Positions 22,573-35,377 are shown, numbered from the whole stretch's first letter. The stretch is 63,247 nucleotides of DNA, filler included, from Saprolegnia diclina VS20 (GCF_000281045.1; 3 parts of one record of this genome joined end to end with filler, not necessarily neighbours in it); one strand, 5' to 3'. Notes: generated by a model from the letters alone, not told the origin. Numbers and translations are program-made.

Positions 22573-24294
22573 ATGGGATCCGGATACAAAACCCATTCGG
22601 AGAACTGCGTGCACATGGCACGTCCGTCAACGCGGAAGCTGCTCACGCCGGACGCGACGTGCAGCCTCCCGACCGTCGTGACGCCCGAGCCTGTCCACTT
22701 CGACGTGGCGTTGGGCCACGCCGCCACGCTCCGTGCGACGGGCAGCGCCTTTATTGCGCTCAACGGCCGCGACGACGGCGTCCTTGTCGAGTGGCAGCCC
22801 AAGGGCGGGTGCTAGTACGAGCTCGCTGTAGCTGCAGCCACCGCGCTCGGGAGCGACCCCGAGTATTTTCCTAACGGTCTCCGCTTCTACGACAGCATGG
22901 GCGAGCCGATTACGACGGCTGCCGAAGTCAACGCCGAGCGACTTGTGTACGTCCTTGTCGACTTTCAGATCTGGGTCTGGCCCGGCATCAAGGTCGGGTA
23001 CACGCGCAACATTGACGGCATCTCGCTTAAGACGATCTCGCTCTCGCCGCTCGTGTTTGACGTCGAGGTGTTCTTTGACGCCAAAGAAGCGGATGCGATC
23101 ATTGCCGAGGGCATGAACAAGCTCCAGCGGTCGCCCGTCGGCAGCAAGGACGCGACTGACGGGTACCACTCGGACCGCACGAGCTACACGGCGTTTCTCG
23201 ACGACTCGGCGTTCACGCGCGACTTTCGCCGGCGCACGGCGGCCCTCGCGCATCTACCGAGCCCGGCGCTTTCCGAGCGTCTCCAGCTCGTGCGCTACGA
23301 GGCCGGTCAGTTCATCCGCAAGCACGAAGACTACTTTGACTCGAAGGACTTCCTCGGCAAGAAGAACTTGGCGGTCGCCGACTACAAGACGAGGTGTACA
23401 TGGGCGGCCGCTACGATCGAGAGCCTCCCGGCCGAGGCAGGTTTGGACCCGAGCTTTCAGCGCGACGGGCCCATGCCCCCAAACACCGACGATACGATGA
23501 CGTGGCAGCACAGCGTGCTGCAGGCGTTTCTGAACGACCCGGCGGCGACCGACTTTTTCACCGAGTACGCGGATGTCGAGTGGGGCGACTGGGTCAAGGA
23601 AAACGTGGCGAACGGCGCGAACGGCTTCGTCGAGATACTCCTCGAAAGTCGCGGGTACATGCTGCCGCACATCATTGCGTCGTGGGAGAAGCGCGCGGCG
23701 CTGCCGGCCCTGCATTACACGTACGTGCAATTGGCATGCCATCTCGTTCAAATGACGTGATCGAATAGAGCGCCCAAGCCGCCCGTCAGCGGCGTCTCGC
23801 ACTACTTTCGCTGGATCCGGTGGGCCAAGGAATGCATCCAAGACCACGGCGCGGACGCCCCCGCCGATGTCCAGCCCCCACTACCCGACATACCGTACGA
23901 CGTTCGAAAAGACGGTAATTTGCCGTATTTTCCATTGGCTTTGAATGTGTATTGTATAGCTTGTCAAATTCGTGCTGGAAGACCATACCCTCGACGAGCT
24001 GGCGGCGCTCGTCGGTATCGAGTGGGTCGAGTTTCTGCAAACCAACCAAGACGCCGAGAACGTTTTGCTCGATGCTGCCCGGAGCAGCGTCACGTTTTTC
24101 GAACTCGCCGTGAACGCTTGGACCAAGCGCGCCGGCGACGCCTTCCGCTACGCGTACTACCGTGTCTACGAGGAGGCCGATCGCTGAGACAACTGTCTAA
24201 GTTCCCTACGCATTTGCGCCACTCTGAACCGAACCGGTTCGCGACGCTCTTCCTGTACCTCAACGATGTCGACGAGGGCGGTGAAGGCACTTGA
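22573..24294 (+). pseudogene. Prolyl 4-hydroxylase-like 2OG-Fe(II) oxygenase, disrupted
   Basis: TISLSPLVF, RTSYTAFL, ERLQLVRYEAGQF..HEDYFD and NRFATLFLYLNDVDEGGE. In-frame stop at 22813-22815. The frame ends right after GGEG, so the distal His and Lys strands are missing. Confidence 0.8.
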
Positions 24295-24574
24295 GTTGAC
24301 AAGCTTCGTAACGTCCTCAATGATATCGCAAAGACACTAGCGAGGCTGCGCAGCAGAGCTAGCCCCACACACGCCGTCGACCACGTAGCTAGGACGCCGC
24401 CGACGCCTCGATGGGACAGTGCATCCGTGGGGCGCCGCGACAGTAGCTAACCTCGAGCTCGATAGCGTTGCAACACTTTTGCTCGGCTACAGATTTCTTC
24501 TTGTGGCGTCTCAACTTTATTTGCTTGCCAGCGCCAGCCATTAGCGCCTTGTAGAATATTACTTGCGTTGTATA

Positions 24575-26548
24575 TTACCACATGACGCATTTGGTGGCGG
24601 GGTTCATGCGCGATCCTACGGGGCACTGAAACGCAGAGGCAAATGCATCATAGTTGCGCAGTGGGCCGCGGACGCGCCACTCGCTGGGCGCGTGTACGTC
24701 GTTCTCGAGACGCCACGTCATGGCAGTATCCGACGCCGTTTCGCACCAGAGCTGGGCGAACGCGGTAAAGTACACCTTGTCATCGTCGTTGTCGTCTGTG
24801 CTAAAGCGGGAGGGATTCACTTGCCTGGCAGTCGCAAACGCCACGTGTCCGATCCTGACGCCGCTGCTGTCGGCAATGTTTTCGCCCAGCGTGAGGTTGC
24901 CGTTGACCGATCCGAGCAGAACCGACTTGTTTGTCGCGCGGCCGTACACTTGAAACGCATTGTACTCGTCCACCAAGCACTGCGCACGGGCCTCGAACGT
25001 GGCTTGGACACTCGACGACCACCAGTCGACAAGGTTCCCGCGCGCATCGTAGTTGCGACCTTGGTCGTCAAAGCCGTGCATGAGCTCGTGGCCGATGATC
25101 ATGCCCAACCGCGCATAGTTGACGGCGGGCGGAAGCTTGGATGCGCCATAGATGGGTAGCTGGAGGATTGCTGCAGGCAGATAAATGGCATTCGCCAATG
25201 GGTCGTTGTACGCGTTGACCGTAAAGGCGCCCATGCCCCACGCCGTCGCGTCGACGGATGTCCCGATACTCCCGAGCGCATACGCATTGTAGAGCGCCGT
25301 GAAGGCCATCATGTTGGCGTAAAAATTGGTCGCGTTCAAAGCCACGGGCACTTCGTCTGCCGTTGGGCCGCCGACGAACGTTTCGATGGCCGATGCTTTC
25401 TCGAGCGCTCGGGCGCGTGTGGCTGCGTCGAGCCACGGCGTGTTGGCCAAGACAGTGACTAGCGCGGCTTGGACTTCGTGGACGAGGTCTGTCGCCTCTG
25501 TTGCCGACGTCTCATCCAACACACGCTCGAGAAAGAACTTTCCGATCTGCGGCCCCAAGTACGCCTGCAGCAATTGCTGGCAAAAGTCCGAGCGCGACTC
25601 GGTGGGTGGCACGCCGTAGAGCGCGACCTCCCATTGACGGTACGCCCGCCGCGCCGCGTCGCCAAGCAGAGTTCTCTGGCCATGCACAATACGGAAGCGC
25701 AGGTAGTTTTTGAGCGTCGCAAGGTGCGTGGACGCCAGCAGCTGCGTTTGTGCAGCGAAAAACGTTGGCGTGCCAAGGACGATGGTGGCGTCGTCATTGC
25801 CCAAGGCGTCTGCGTGCAAGCCGTCAAGAAAAGCCGCAATGTAAGGGTACGTGGCGTGGACCTCGCGCATCGTGACGGGATGGTACGTCGACCGTGGATC
25901 GCGCAGCACTTCGGCTGGCACCGAGATACTGGCCAAGCGCACTTCAAATGCAAGAACATCGAGCGCGAGGGCGGTGACGTTGGTCGCTGCAAGCGCGGGC
26001 ACGACTGCAAAGCTCGCCATGTACTCGACGAGGTGCTCCATATACTTCTCGGACGTCGCATAGGACACCAAGGAAGGCAGCGTCAAGACGGTTTGCGTGA
26101 GTTCCAAGACGTACACGGAGCTGTTGGCTGCGTCGGGTGTGAGCCCCACATCCAGAAAGGCCGAGATGGACGTCGAGGCGACGAGCGCACCCGCGTATCG
26201 CAGCAGTGCGTCGGCCGTGTCGATGGTTGCAAGCGCTTCAATTTGAGCATTGATGGCAGCAATAGCGTCGTCGTTGACGTCGCCTTCGGCGAGGCATGCT
26301 GAATGAAACTCGTGGATGCCGGGTGGCGCCGCCGCAATGATCGCGTCGAGAACACTGTTGACGTAGGTCGTGACACGCCCAAACGCGCTGTCGTCGTCGC
26401 TTGTTGTATCGGTCGCTTGGAGCCAGCCGCCGCACGCGTAGGCGTAAAAGTCGTCGCACGGATCCACGCGCGTGTCCATCATGGCATGCATGCGCTCGTA
26501 AAAGTCGGCATACGGCGACAAAGTCTCTTCGGCGCGAAGGTAGCCCAT
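24575..26548 (-). CDS. M13 (neprilysin/ECE-like) zinc metallopeptidase
   Basis: DPCDDFYAYACGGW, VNAYND, GHELMHGFDD, GENIAD and a C.MW terminus. Start codon uncertain. Confidence 0.93.
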   Translation of the reverse strand: MGYLRAEETLSPYADFYERMHAMMDTRVDPCDDFYAYACGGWLQATDTTSDDDSAFGRVTTYVNSVLDAIIAAAPPGIHEFHSACLAEGDVNDDAIAAINAQIEALATIDTADALLRYAGALVASTSISAFLDVGLTPDAANSSVYVLELTQTVLTLPSLVSYATSEKYMEHLVEYMASFAVVPALAATNVTALALDVLAFEVRLASISVPAEVLRDPRSTYHPVTMREVHATYPYIAAFLDGLHADALGNDDATIVLGTPTFFAAQTQLLASTHLATLKNYLRFRIVHGQRTLLGDAARRAYRQWEVALYGVPPTESRSDFCQQLLQAYLGPQIGKFFLERVLDETSATEATDLVHEVQAALVTVLANTPWLDAATRARALEKASAIETFVGGPTADEVPVALNATNFYANMMAFTALYNAYALGSIGTSVDATAWGMGAFTVNAYNDPLANAIYLPAAILQLPIYGASKLPPAVNYARLGMIIGHELMHGFDDQGRNYDARGNLVDWWSSSVQATFEARAQCLVDEYNAFQVYGRATNKSVLLGSVNGNLTLGENIADSSGVRIGHVAFATARQVNPSRFSTDDNDDDKVYFTAFAQLWCETASDTAMTWRLENDVHAPSEWRVRGPLRNYDAFASAFQCPVGSRMNPATKCVMW

Positions 26549-28045
26549 GCGTGCGTACGTTGTCCAAGGAAAAATGAGTCGCCTCAAAACGACTGCTCGA
26601 CGTGCACGATGGATTTTGGATTTTCGACACGCCGTTTTGAAACGGCTCATGACGTGGCAGCACACAGTAGCTGTACAGGTTGAAGTTGTCACAAAGGTGA
26701 ACACCAAGATCCGAGCGTTGGTTCGAGTTATTAGTTGGGATCGATTAAAGTTTCAATGCACTAGATATCCAGGAAGATGGCACAGGAATGGTATTGATGC
26801 AAGGAAAGAAACCTCTCGAATGATACGGCTTTATGTAGGCGCCCATGGGATCCAAATGTTTGCAGTATAAAACCCGCACCATGTTCAGCAAAAAGAGATG
26901 GCTCTTTTTCTGAGAGCAAGGCATTTGGCGCTCTTTGTTGTGCACGCGTCAAGATCGCCGTCGTGAAACAGAAAGTGGCGTCAGTCGTTAGAACGGAAGA
27001 GCGTCTTCTTGCAGTTGTCGCGGATACCGGTAAGATGATCGATCGTCAGTGGGCACGGTGGTTTATTGGAGGCAGGCTACTTGAACGCGTGGTACAGTGT
27101 ACAGTGACAATGATGCTGCAAGTATTCTCGCATCGCCCTACATTGGTGTTTCATCGTAGCTGCACGCAGCTCGCCACCCTGAATGGTTCTAGTATCGTAG
27201 ATTTGGACGTGTCTTCAAAGTTAGCATTTCGATGACACCGTCGCGAAACACAACCACACTGCAGTCGGTGACACCCCTCCTTTCGGCGGCGATCGCGTGC
27301 ATGTTCACGGCTTTTTCTTGAGGTTGACAGCCGCCCACAACCGCTCAGGTGCAATCGTCAGTCGGTCGCCGTGCAAGCAACACAAAGGTGTTTGGGTACA
27401 TGCAAGCTATGGGCTCATCGATTCCAGCTCACGCAAAACTTGGACGAAACACTGCCCCAAACACACCAAACCAATGCTGTTTTTTCGAGCTGACTTGCAT
27501 AGCATCGCAAGCCCTTGCTTCCTATCGCAAGACAAGACTGCCACGCCAGTCGACGCGCGGCCTCCGATTGGTCACGCCTGTATGAGGTCCTGATCGCCCT
27601 TGGTGCAGGTGGTGGACCTGAACCCATGCAGAGTGTTGTGCAGAGGTTGGACACATTGAGTCTGGTGCAAAGGCGCGAAGAACCTGCACTAGAAGTATTG
27701 CATGGCTCTACCGAGCTCCTGTCTGTCGCACGCGACCATTGCGCGTCCCTCGGTCGCCAGCCTAGCGGCGGCGTCTTCGTCGGTGCTTCGGCGCGGGTTG
27801 AACGGCGTCTTGTCTGTATCAGCGCCGCACCTGATAACTTGCTCGCATCGATTCAATTAAAATGACATACAAATACCAAGTCAAACAGTCGATGTGACAA
27901 AAAATGGCGTGCGGCCTGTCTAGCGCCGGGGACAAGCGATGGGATTTCAGCCAATCAGCGCGCATTGGCGCTGATCCTATCGCGCCAGCTGGCCGGCGAC
28001 TTGACCCTTTCGTTGCGCCACTTTGCATTTCGCCCGTCCAGCAGC

Positions 28046-30298
28046 ATGTCGAGCGACATCCAGAACGAGCACTCGTCGCTCCTCACGGGCGAGACGACGT
28101 CGGCGACCACCGGCTTGAAGCGCGATTGGCCCAAGTACGCGGCCGTCGGCGGTGCGCTTGCGACCGCGGCCATCATCTACCTCGCGACGGCGGGCCACGG
28201 CGCGACCGAGACGACGGCGACCGCGCAGTCGAGCACGGACACCACGCTTCCCGCGACGCCGATCCCGACGCACCCGGATGAGATTGTGTTCCCGACGTCG
28301 GCGCCTGTGGCCTCGACGACGGCACCGGTGACGACGACGCCGATCAACGCGACGGCCGCGTACGCCGAGTTCTTCCAGCACATGGAGTCGCTCATGGACG
28401 CGAGCGTGGACCCATGCGACAACTTTTACCAGTACGCGTGCGGTGGCTGGCTCAAGGCGACGACGATCCCCGAGACCGAGAACCGCGCGGACACGTCGTT
28501 CAGCGTCGTCGCCAAGGACAACGAGCGCATCATCGGCGAGATCATGGCAAGCAAGCCGCCGGTCATCAACGCCTTCTACGAGGCGTGCCTCGCCGAAGCG
28601 GCGATCGACCCGGTCGCGCTCAAGGCCGTGTCGGCGCAGCTCGCGCACATTGCGTCCATCACGTCGGTCGACGCGCTGTTGACGTACGCCGGCGAGCTCT
28701 TTGCCAAGGCGTCGACGCCGTCCTTCTTTGATCTTGGCGTGAGCCCGGACCCGAAGAACACGTCGCTGAACGTGATCCAGCTCTCGCAGGGCGGGTTGAC
28801 GCTGCCGTCGATCGAGTACTACGCGGCGCAAGACAAGTTTGTCTCGCTCCTGACCGAGTACGTCGGTGCGTTCGACGCGATTCCGGCGTTCAACGACCGT
28901 AACGCGACGGCCTTTACGAAGAACCTCCTCGCGTTTGAGACGCAGCTCGCCAACATCTCGCTTCCGAACGCGGCGCTGCGCGACCCGTGGGCCACGTACA
29001 ACAAGTTTACGTTGAAGGAGATCCGCGCCAAGTACCCGCTCGCCGCCGCCTTCCTCCGCGGCGTCCGCGCCGACGTGCTCGAGATGGACGTGCCAGTCCT
29101 CGTGTCGACGCCGGCGTTCTTCGAGGCGCAGACGTCGCTCTTGCGGTCGACGGACCTCCACACGCTCCAGGCGTACGTGAGCTTCCACCTTGTGCACGCG
29201 CAGAGCGCGTTCCTCGGCGAGCGCTTCCGCGAGGCGAACCACAAGTTTGGCGCGGTGCTCCAGGGCCTCCCGCTCAAGCAAGACCGCGCCAAGTTCTGCA
29301 ACAACCTCGTGCAGTCGATGCTCGGCGAGCAGCTCGGCGACCTCTTCATGGACAAGGTGTTTGACCGCAAGACCAAGGCGTCGGCGCAGGCGCTCATCAA
29401 GCAGATTGAAGCGTCGATGGTTGTCGTCCTCAACGAAGACACGTGGCTTGATGTCTCGACGCGCAGCATTGGCCTGGAGAAGGTTGCCAAGATTGGCAAC
29501 TTTATCGGCGGCCCCGACAACGCCACCGCGCTTCCCTTCAACGTGAGCGCGACTGCATTTTACGACAACGTTGTCAAGCTCCAGACGTACGAGATGGCCA
29601 AGAGCATTGCGTCGATCGGCAAGCCCGTCGACGAGACCGCGTGGGGCATGAACGCGTTCACCGTCAACGCGTACAACGACCCGACCGCCAACAAGATTGT
29701 GTTTCCGGCCGCGATTCTGCAGCCGCCCTTCTACGACGCCAAGCGCTTTCCTGCGGTTGTCAACTATGCGCGCATTGGCATGGTCATGGGCCACGAGCTC
29801 ACGCACGGCTTTGACGACGAAGGCCGCAACTTTGACCCGAGCGGCCAGCTCTCGGACTGGTGGTCGCCGTCCGTGAAGGCCACGTTCCAGAAGAACGCCA
29901 AGTGTCTGGCCGACCAGTACTCGACGTTCCCGGTGCTCGGCCTCGACGGCAAGACGCTCCTCGGGCACCTCAACGGCGAGCTCACGCTCGGCGAAAACAT
30001 TGCCGACAACGGCGGTCTCAAGCTCGCGTATTTGGCGTACCTTCGCGCCAAGGCGTCCGAGCCGTCGATCGCCGAGATTGGCTACGACGACAAGAAGCTC
30101 TACTTTACGGCGTTTGCGCAGGGCTGGTGCGAGAAGCGGTCGGACGCGGCCGCGACGCTGCTCCTCAACACGGACCCGCACTCGCCCGGCAAGTGGCGCG
30201 TCCACGGCCCGCTCTACAACTCGGCTGCGTTCGCCGACGCGTTCCAGTGCAAGGCCGGGTCGCCTATGAACCCGGTGAACAAGTGCATTGTCTGGTAA
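28046..30298 (+). CDS. M13 zinc metallopeptidase, type II membrane anchored
   Basis: N-terminal TM segment, Thr-rich stalk, DPCDNFYQYACGGW, GHELTHGFDD, GENIADNGG and HSP..RV.GP. Confidence 0.95.
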   Translation: MSSDIQNEHSSLLTGETTSATTGLKRDWPKYAAVGGALATAAIIYLATAGHGATETTATAQSSTDTTLPATPIPTHPDEIVFPTSAPVASTTAPVTTTPINATAAYAEFFQHMESLMDASVDPCDNFYQYACGGWLKATTIPETENRADTSFSVVAKDNERIIGEIMASKPPVINAFYEACLAEAAIDPVALKAVSAQLAHIASITSVDALLTYAGELFAKASTPSFFDLGVSPDPKNTSLNVIQLSQGGLTLPSIEYYAAQDKFVSLLTEYVGAFDAIPAFNDRNATAFTKNLLAFETQLANISLPNAALRDPWATYNKFTLKEIRAKYPLAAAFLRGVRADVLEMDVPVLVSTPAFFEAQTSLLRSTDLHTLQAYVSFHLVHAQSAFLGERFREANHKFGAVLQGLPLKQDRAKFCNNLVQSMLGEQLGDLFMDKVFDRKTKASAQALIKQIEASMVVVLNEDTWLDVSTRSIGLEKVAKIGNFIGGPDNATALPFNVSATAFYDNVVKLQTYEMAKSIASIGKPVDETAWGMNAFTVNAYNDPTANKIVFPAAILQPPFYDAKRFPAVVNYARIGMVMGHELTHGFDDEGRNFDPSGQLSDWWSPSVKATFQKNAKCLADQYSTFPVLGLDGKTLLGHLNGELTLGENIADNGGLKLAYLAYLRAKASEPSIAEIGYDDKKLYFTAFAQGWCEKRSDAAATLLLNTDPHSPGKWRVHGPLYNSAAFADAFQCKAGSPMNPVNKCIVW

Positions 30299-30370
30299 AC
30301 TCGTTACATAGTCTTTTTCTAGTGTAAATCAATTTCAAATCCTTTGGTTTGGTCGTTTCGAGTGGTCGCG

Positions 30371-32350
30371 ATGCTCAAGCAGTGGGACGAAGGTACGCCA
30401 GCAAATGCTACCATGTACGACATGTGGAGGTAGCGACGCGAGCGCAGCGCAAGAGCTACTTGCAGGCGTTCGTGGCGCAGTACGGAGGCGCGACGTCGGG
30501 ACCGGTCGACCTGGAGCACGCGCTCGGTACGACCACGACGCTCTACTTGTCACGAATCCTCTCGTGGCTGCGTCTTGGCTGCACCGACGGCTTTGGCCTC
30601 ACGCAGCACGTCCAAGCACTTCAGATCTTCCTGCACGCCAACCACAGCCTTCTCCAAGACTTTATCGATGTAGAATTATCAACTGCTTGATTTTGAGAAT
30701 TCAAGTGGACGACAGATGGACGGCGTGCGCATCCTTCTCTATGTGCTCACGTTTGCGAGTGACGTGGCGCTCGAGGCCGACTGCGTCCAAGTGATCGCGC
30801 TCCTCCAGTACATTGGCCGCGCGGGTCGTACGTACAAGGAGTACATAAGCTCGTGCGACGCCGAGCGCAGTGTGATCCAGAGCTGCATCGCGCGAGGTAC
30901 ATCGTCATACCGAACGCCATCGTCCACGAGCAAGGTAGTTTTGACGCTGCTACGACTATAGTCGACTGACATACTCGCTGCATCGACTAGATCTCGATGG
31001 TGCTATGTTGCTAGGCCACGCAACGTGCGAGACGCCGGTGTGGCTCGCGTGCCGAAGTTTCTTGATCGAGCAGAGCACGGGCAACCCGGCGTCGATGGCG
31101 ACCACGTACGCCGCGCTCGAGTTTCTCATTGACCAGCCCACCGACAGCGTCAAGTGCCTCGGGTCTCAAGTACGAACTCAAAACGCAACGTCATTCTCAA
31201 TTCCGTCCTTTGCGCTAGATTTTGCGCGAATTGATTTCAAAGAAATCACCGTATTTTGACGCGCGCTTTTGCAAGCTCCAGCTCGACCACTCGATCGCTG
31301 TCTCGATGGCACTCCTCCATCACACCAACTACCGCGTCCAGTACGAAGCGCTCGAGCTCATTCACATCATCCTCGAGAACCCGTCGCTGCATGTACGCCC
31401 ACAGGATGATACATGCTTCATGGCACACCAACTATCTCCGTAGGTGCCCCTCTGCACGGCCATGCTCGACTGGTTTCGCCGCTGCGCCGTTGTCAAGTAC
31501 GCTCGTCATTCGTGATAAACGACGTGTCATATTCGGTATATTAGAGAGCACAATGTACCCAACGATGCAGAAGAGCTGGTCGAAGTCGAGTGCTTTGTGC
31601 ACCTCAAGTCGCCGGTCATGCGCCTCTGCCGCTGCTTTGACAGCATCATTTTCGAGTGCCCCCAAATCGCTGATATTGCTGTGCGCCGATCGAGCACAAC
31701 GCTATATGACGTTGTTGTTGCTAGATCCGCCTGGGCGCGATGGACATCTTGGTCTACGTCATCTTGGCCGCCAACGAAGGGTCGCTCAAGTGGCATGCGG
31801 CGTGGTTCACGCTCCTCCTCATGACGGCCCGCGCCACCGACGAGGTTGTCATCTGCGACGAAGGAATATGCATATGAATGGACTCGTTCTAGGACCCGTA
31901 CGCGACGCTGGCAGCGATATGCGCTCGGGAGAGCGACGAGGTGCGGGCCGCGCTCATCGAGAAGGCCGCCGACATCATGTCGCCGGCCGACGAGCACGAA
32001 TTTAGCGACTGCACGAGAGCGCTTCTGGGCGACGCACTGCACCGAAAGAAGATTTGGCGCTACCTCCACCGCTTGGGCTGGCCGATCCTGCGTCACGACG
32101 GCAACGACGAGGCCGGGACCCACGACGCGGAGCTCAAAGCCATCGAGGTGCAGGTCGAGGAGGCGATAGCGAATGTCGCCAACGACGTACGTCCTTCTCC
32201 TATGTCGCTTGCGATGAAGCAGACGTCTAGCCCATGTTTGACGACGACGTCCTCGACGCGACGCCGACGCTGCTGCACGATGACCATTTTTACGTGCAAA
32301 AGCTGCACGAGCACTTCCAGCACTATCGTCTGCCGAAGCGCTTGATCTAA
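30371..32350 (+). CDS. Armadillo-like helical domain protein (ARMH1/C1orf228-like), multi-exon
   Basis: LKQWDEG, LYLSRILSWLRL, GVRILLYVL, LLQYIGRAGRTYKEYI and GNP resemble human ARMH1 as recalled. Exon structure approximate. Confidence 0.7.
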
Positions 32351-32369
32351 CAATACCCTCTTCATCATC

Positions 32370-32796
32370 TTATTCGGTACTCATGTGCTCGTCCGTGTAT
32401 CGCCGCAGGTCGCGCAGGGTCGCCAGGATCATCTTGACCTTCTTCCGCGCGAGGTCCGCGTCCTTCTCGACGCCGTACGTGCTGCGGCCGTAGCTGCGGT
32501 AGTCTTGCACGAGGTGCGCGTGCTTGGCAAGCTCGGCGTGGATGCTGCGCACGAGCTGGAGGAACTCGGTCGACGTGCGCTGGAACTCGGCGTCGCGGCC
32601 CTCGGTCGTGATCGCGGCCATGTGCTCCATGGCGCTGCCGGCCGTTTGCACCGCCAGCACGAGTTGCTACCAGTCAAGCATGCATGAGATGATCGTGTAT
32701 CAAGCAGCGGTATACATTCTCGACGTGATCCAAGGCCTCGAGGATCGCCGCATGGCGCTGCGGCTGGTCCTCAAAATGCACGCGGCCTTCCTCCAT
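32370..32796 (-). CDS. MED11: Mediator subunit 11-like (one intron)
   Basis: Short helical protein: LDHVEN/LVLAVQTAGSAM...F...V.SIH..L...YGRSTYG.EKD..LA..K. Confidence 0.7.
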
Positions 32797-33344
32797 GCTG
32801 CTGCGACGGCGTGTGGTTTCGCAAATTTCACACGATTTCTAGTTCTACATATTTATAGTGTGCTTAAAACGTAATATAGTGTTGATTCAATAATCGCAAT
32901 ATAGTGTGCTGATGCACACGGTCGATCATCGCACTGGATAATGCTTGCCGGACGTCGGCAAAGCAGCAGCTGNNNNNNNNNNNNNNNNNNNNNNNNNNNN
33001 NNNNNNNNNNNNNNNNTTAATTAATTAANNNNNNNNNNNNNNNNNNNNNNNNNNNNNNNNNNNNNNNNNNNNGGTTTGCGTCACCGACACATCTTTGCCT
33101 GGCGCACGTGGCAAGTGGGCGCCGGGTACTCTTCTCTTGGCGAGGGCCCGCCGCTTGCCTTGCAGAGTGTGTCGTCGTCAGAGCTGGTGGTCGCGTCGGA
33201 GGTCATGTTTTCGGTCGTCGATCGTTTGTTCGCGAAGCTCCCGCCGGATCGCCAGGCACGAGCCTCCAGCCAATAAGATTGCGCATTTGCAACCGCCAAT
33301 CAGGTGCGGCGACGGGTGAGGGCCAATCCAAGAAAGGCGGCCCG

Positions 33345-35377
33345 ATGCTGCACGTGCTGTATGGGAGCGCGACGGGCACGGCGGCCGACGTCGCCGAGAT
33401 GGTAGGTCGCATGGCGGCCGCGCGCCAGGTCCCATGCGCCGTCTCTGCGATGGACGACTTTCCGATCGCGTCGCTGCCGAGCCAGCGCTACGTTGTGTTT
33501 ATCGTCGCTAGCAGCGGCGACGGCGAAGCGCCCGAGAACATGGCGCAATCGTGGAAGTTTCTTTTGCGCAAGAGCTTGGCCGCCGACTCGTTAGCCAACG
33601 TCCGCGTCGCCATCTTTGGTCTCGGCGACTCGAGCTACGCCAAGTACAACGCAGTAGCCCGCCGCTTGCAGGTCCGTGTGCTTCAACTTGCAAGAGATAC
33701 TCACCCCGTTATGGTGATGGTAGGCGCGCCTTATTCAGCTGGGCGCGACCGAGATCGTCGAGCGTGGGCTCGGCGATGACCAGCACGAGCTGGGCTTCTA
33801 TGGCGCGCTGAACCCATGGCTCGAGAAGCTGTGGGGAACGGTCTTGGCCCTGCCACCGTTCCAGCTACCGGACGGTTTTGTCGTCGATGACACACCGCGC
33901 CTGACGCCGCCCCAGTACCACGTGACACAAGTGGCGGCAACGACCGCGTCCTCGGTGCCACACACGTTCTACGCCGCGCCCAAGACGGTACTCTCGGCGC
34001 ACAACGGCGAGATCCTCATGGCCACCGTCGCAGCCAACGACCGGCTGACGGCCGCCGATTGGACGCAGGACGTCCGGCACCTCGTGCTCGACATGTCGTC
34101 GGCGCCCGTGCCGTATGCCCCCGGTGACATTGCGCTCTTGTACCCAGAGAACACGGACACGGCCGCAATCGATCGGTTCCTTCACCGCCTCGGGCTCGTG
34201 CGCGGCACGCAGCTCGTCATTTCGCGCGTCGACGGCGCGCCAGCGAGTATCCCGTCGCCCGTCTCGGTGGACGATCTCATGCGCAAATACCTCGACATCT
34301 TTGGCACGCCGCGCCGGTCGTTTTTTGAGCGGCTCTCGCTCTTTGCATCGGACCCGGACGAGCGCGAGAAGCTGCTCGAGCTCGCGTCGCCGAGTGGCGC
34401 GGATCTTTTGAGCGACTATTGCACGCGCGAGAAGCGAACATACGTCGAGGCAAGTGCAACCAGCTGCGCCCCGTGGCACCCGTTCACATCCGCTGATGAT
34501 GATGTATAGGTGTTTGAGGACTTTGCGTCCGTGGCTGTGCCACTCGAGTGTCTTGTCGAATTCATTCCGCGGCTGCAGCCACGATCGTACTCGATCGCGT
34601 CGGCCTCCGGGACCCACCCGTCTTCGGTCGGTTGAAGCTACTACTCTTCGGTGCACCTGCTTATCCACGCCTAGATTGAACTGACCATCGCCCTCGTCGA
34701 GTTCCAAACGCCCTACAAACGCCCCAAGAAAGGGATCTGTTCCGCGTACGTGGCATCGCTTCCTGTCGGGGCGACGCTTCCGATCTGGATCAAGGCCGGC
34801 CTCTTTGCGCCACCGCCGCCAAATGCCAACGTGCTGCTCATTGGACCTGGCACGGGCGTCGCCGTCATGCGCGCGCTCATTCAAAGCCGAGCGGCGACTG
34901 CAACGGCCACGGGCGAGACCCACTTGTTTGTTGGGTGCCGCCACGCCGCCAAGGTGCGTCCCACTCTGGCCCTTGCCTGTGATCGGCTGGTTGAAGTAGC
35001 GTGCCAACTAGGACTTTCTATACGAAGGGGAGTGGCAGACACTCGTGTCCACGCGCTCGCTCACGTCTCTCCACGCGGCGTTCTCGCGCGACTTTGGCTA
35101 CAAGCTCTACGTGCAAGCCAAGCTCGCCGAAGCCAGCGCCATGGTCTTCCGCGTCCTCGCCAATGTACGTGACGGCAGTGCCATGGAACGCACTAATGAC
35201 TTTGCACAGGGCGGCTACTGCTTCGTGGCCGGCTCGGCCAAGCGCATGCCGACAGATGTGTACGAGGCGATTCGGGACATCGTCGTCAACGAAGGCCAAG
35301 TATCCTTGAAGGAGGCCGAGACGTTTATGAAGAGCTTGGTCCGCCACAAGCGGTATGTGGTCGAGTCGTGGTCCTAG
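33345..35377 (+). CDS. NDOR1: NADPH-dependent diflavin oxidoreductase 1 (Tah18-like), multi-exon
   Basis: Flavodoxin LYGSATGTA and FGLGDSSY.KYN, QDVRH, PRSYSIAS, IGPGTGVA, VAGSAKRMP and terminal ESWS. Confidence 0.93.
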
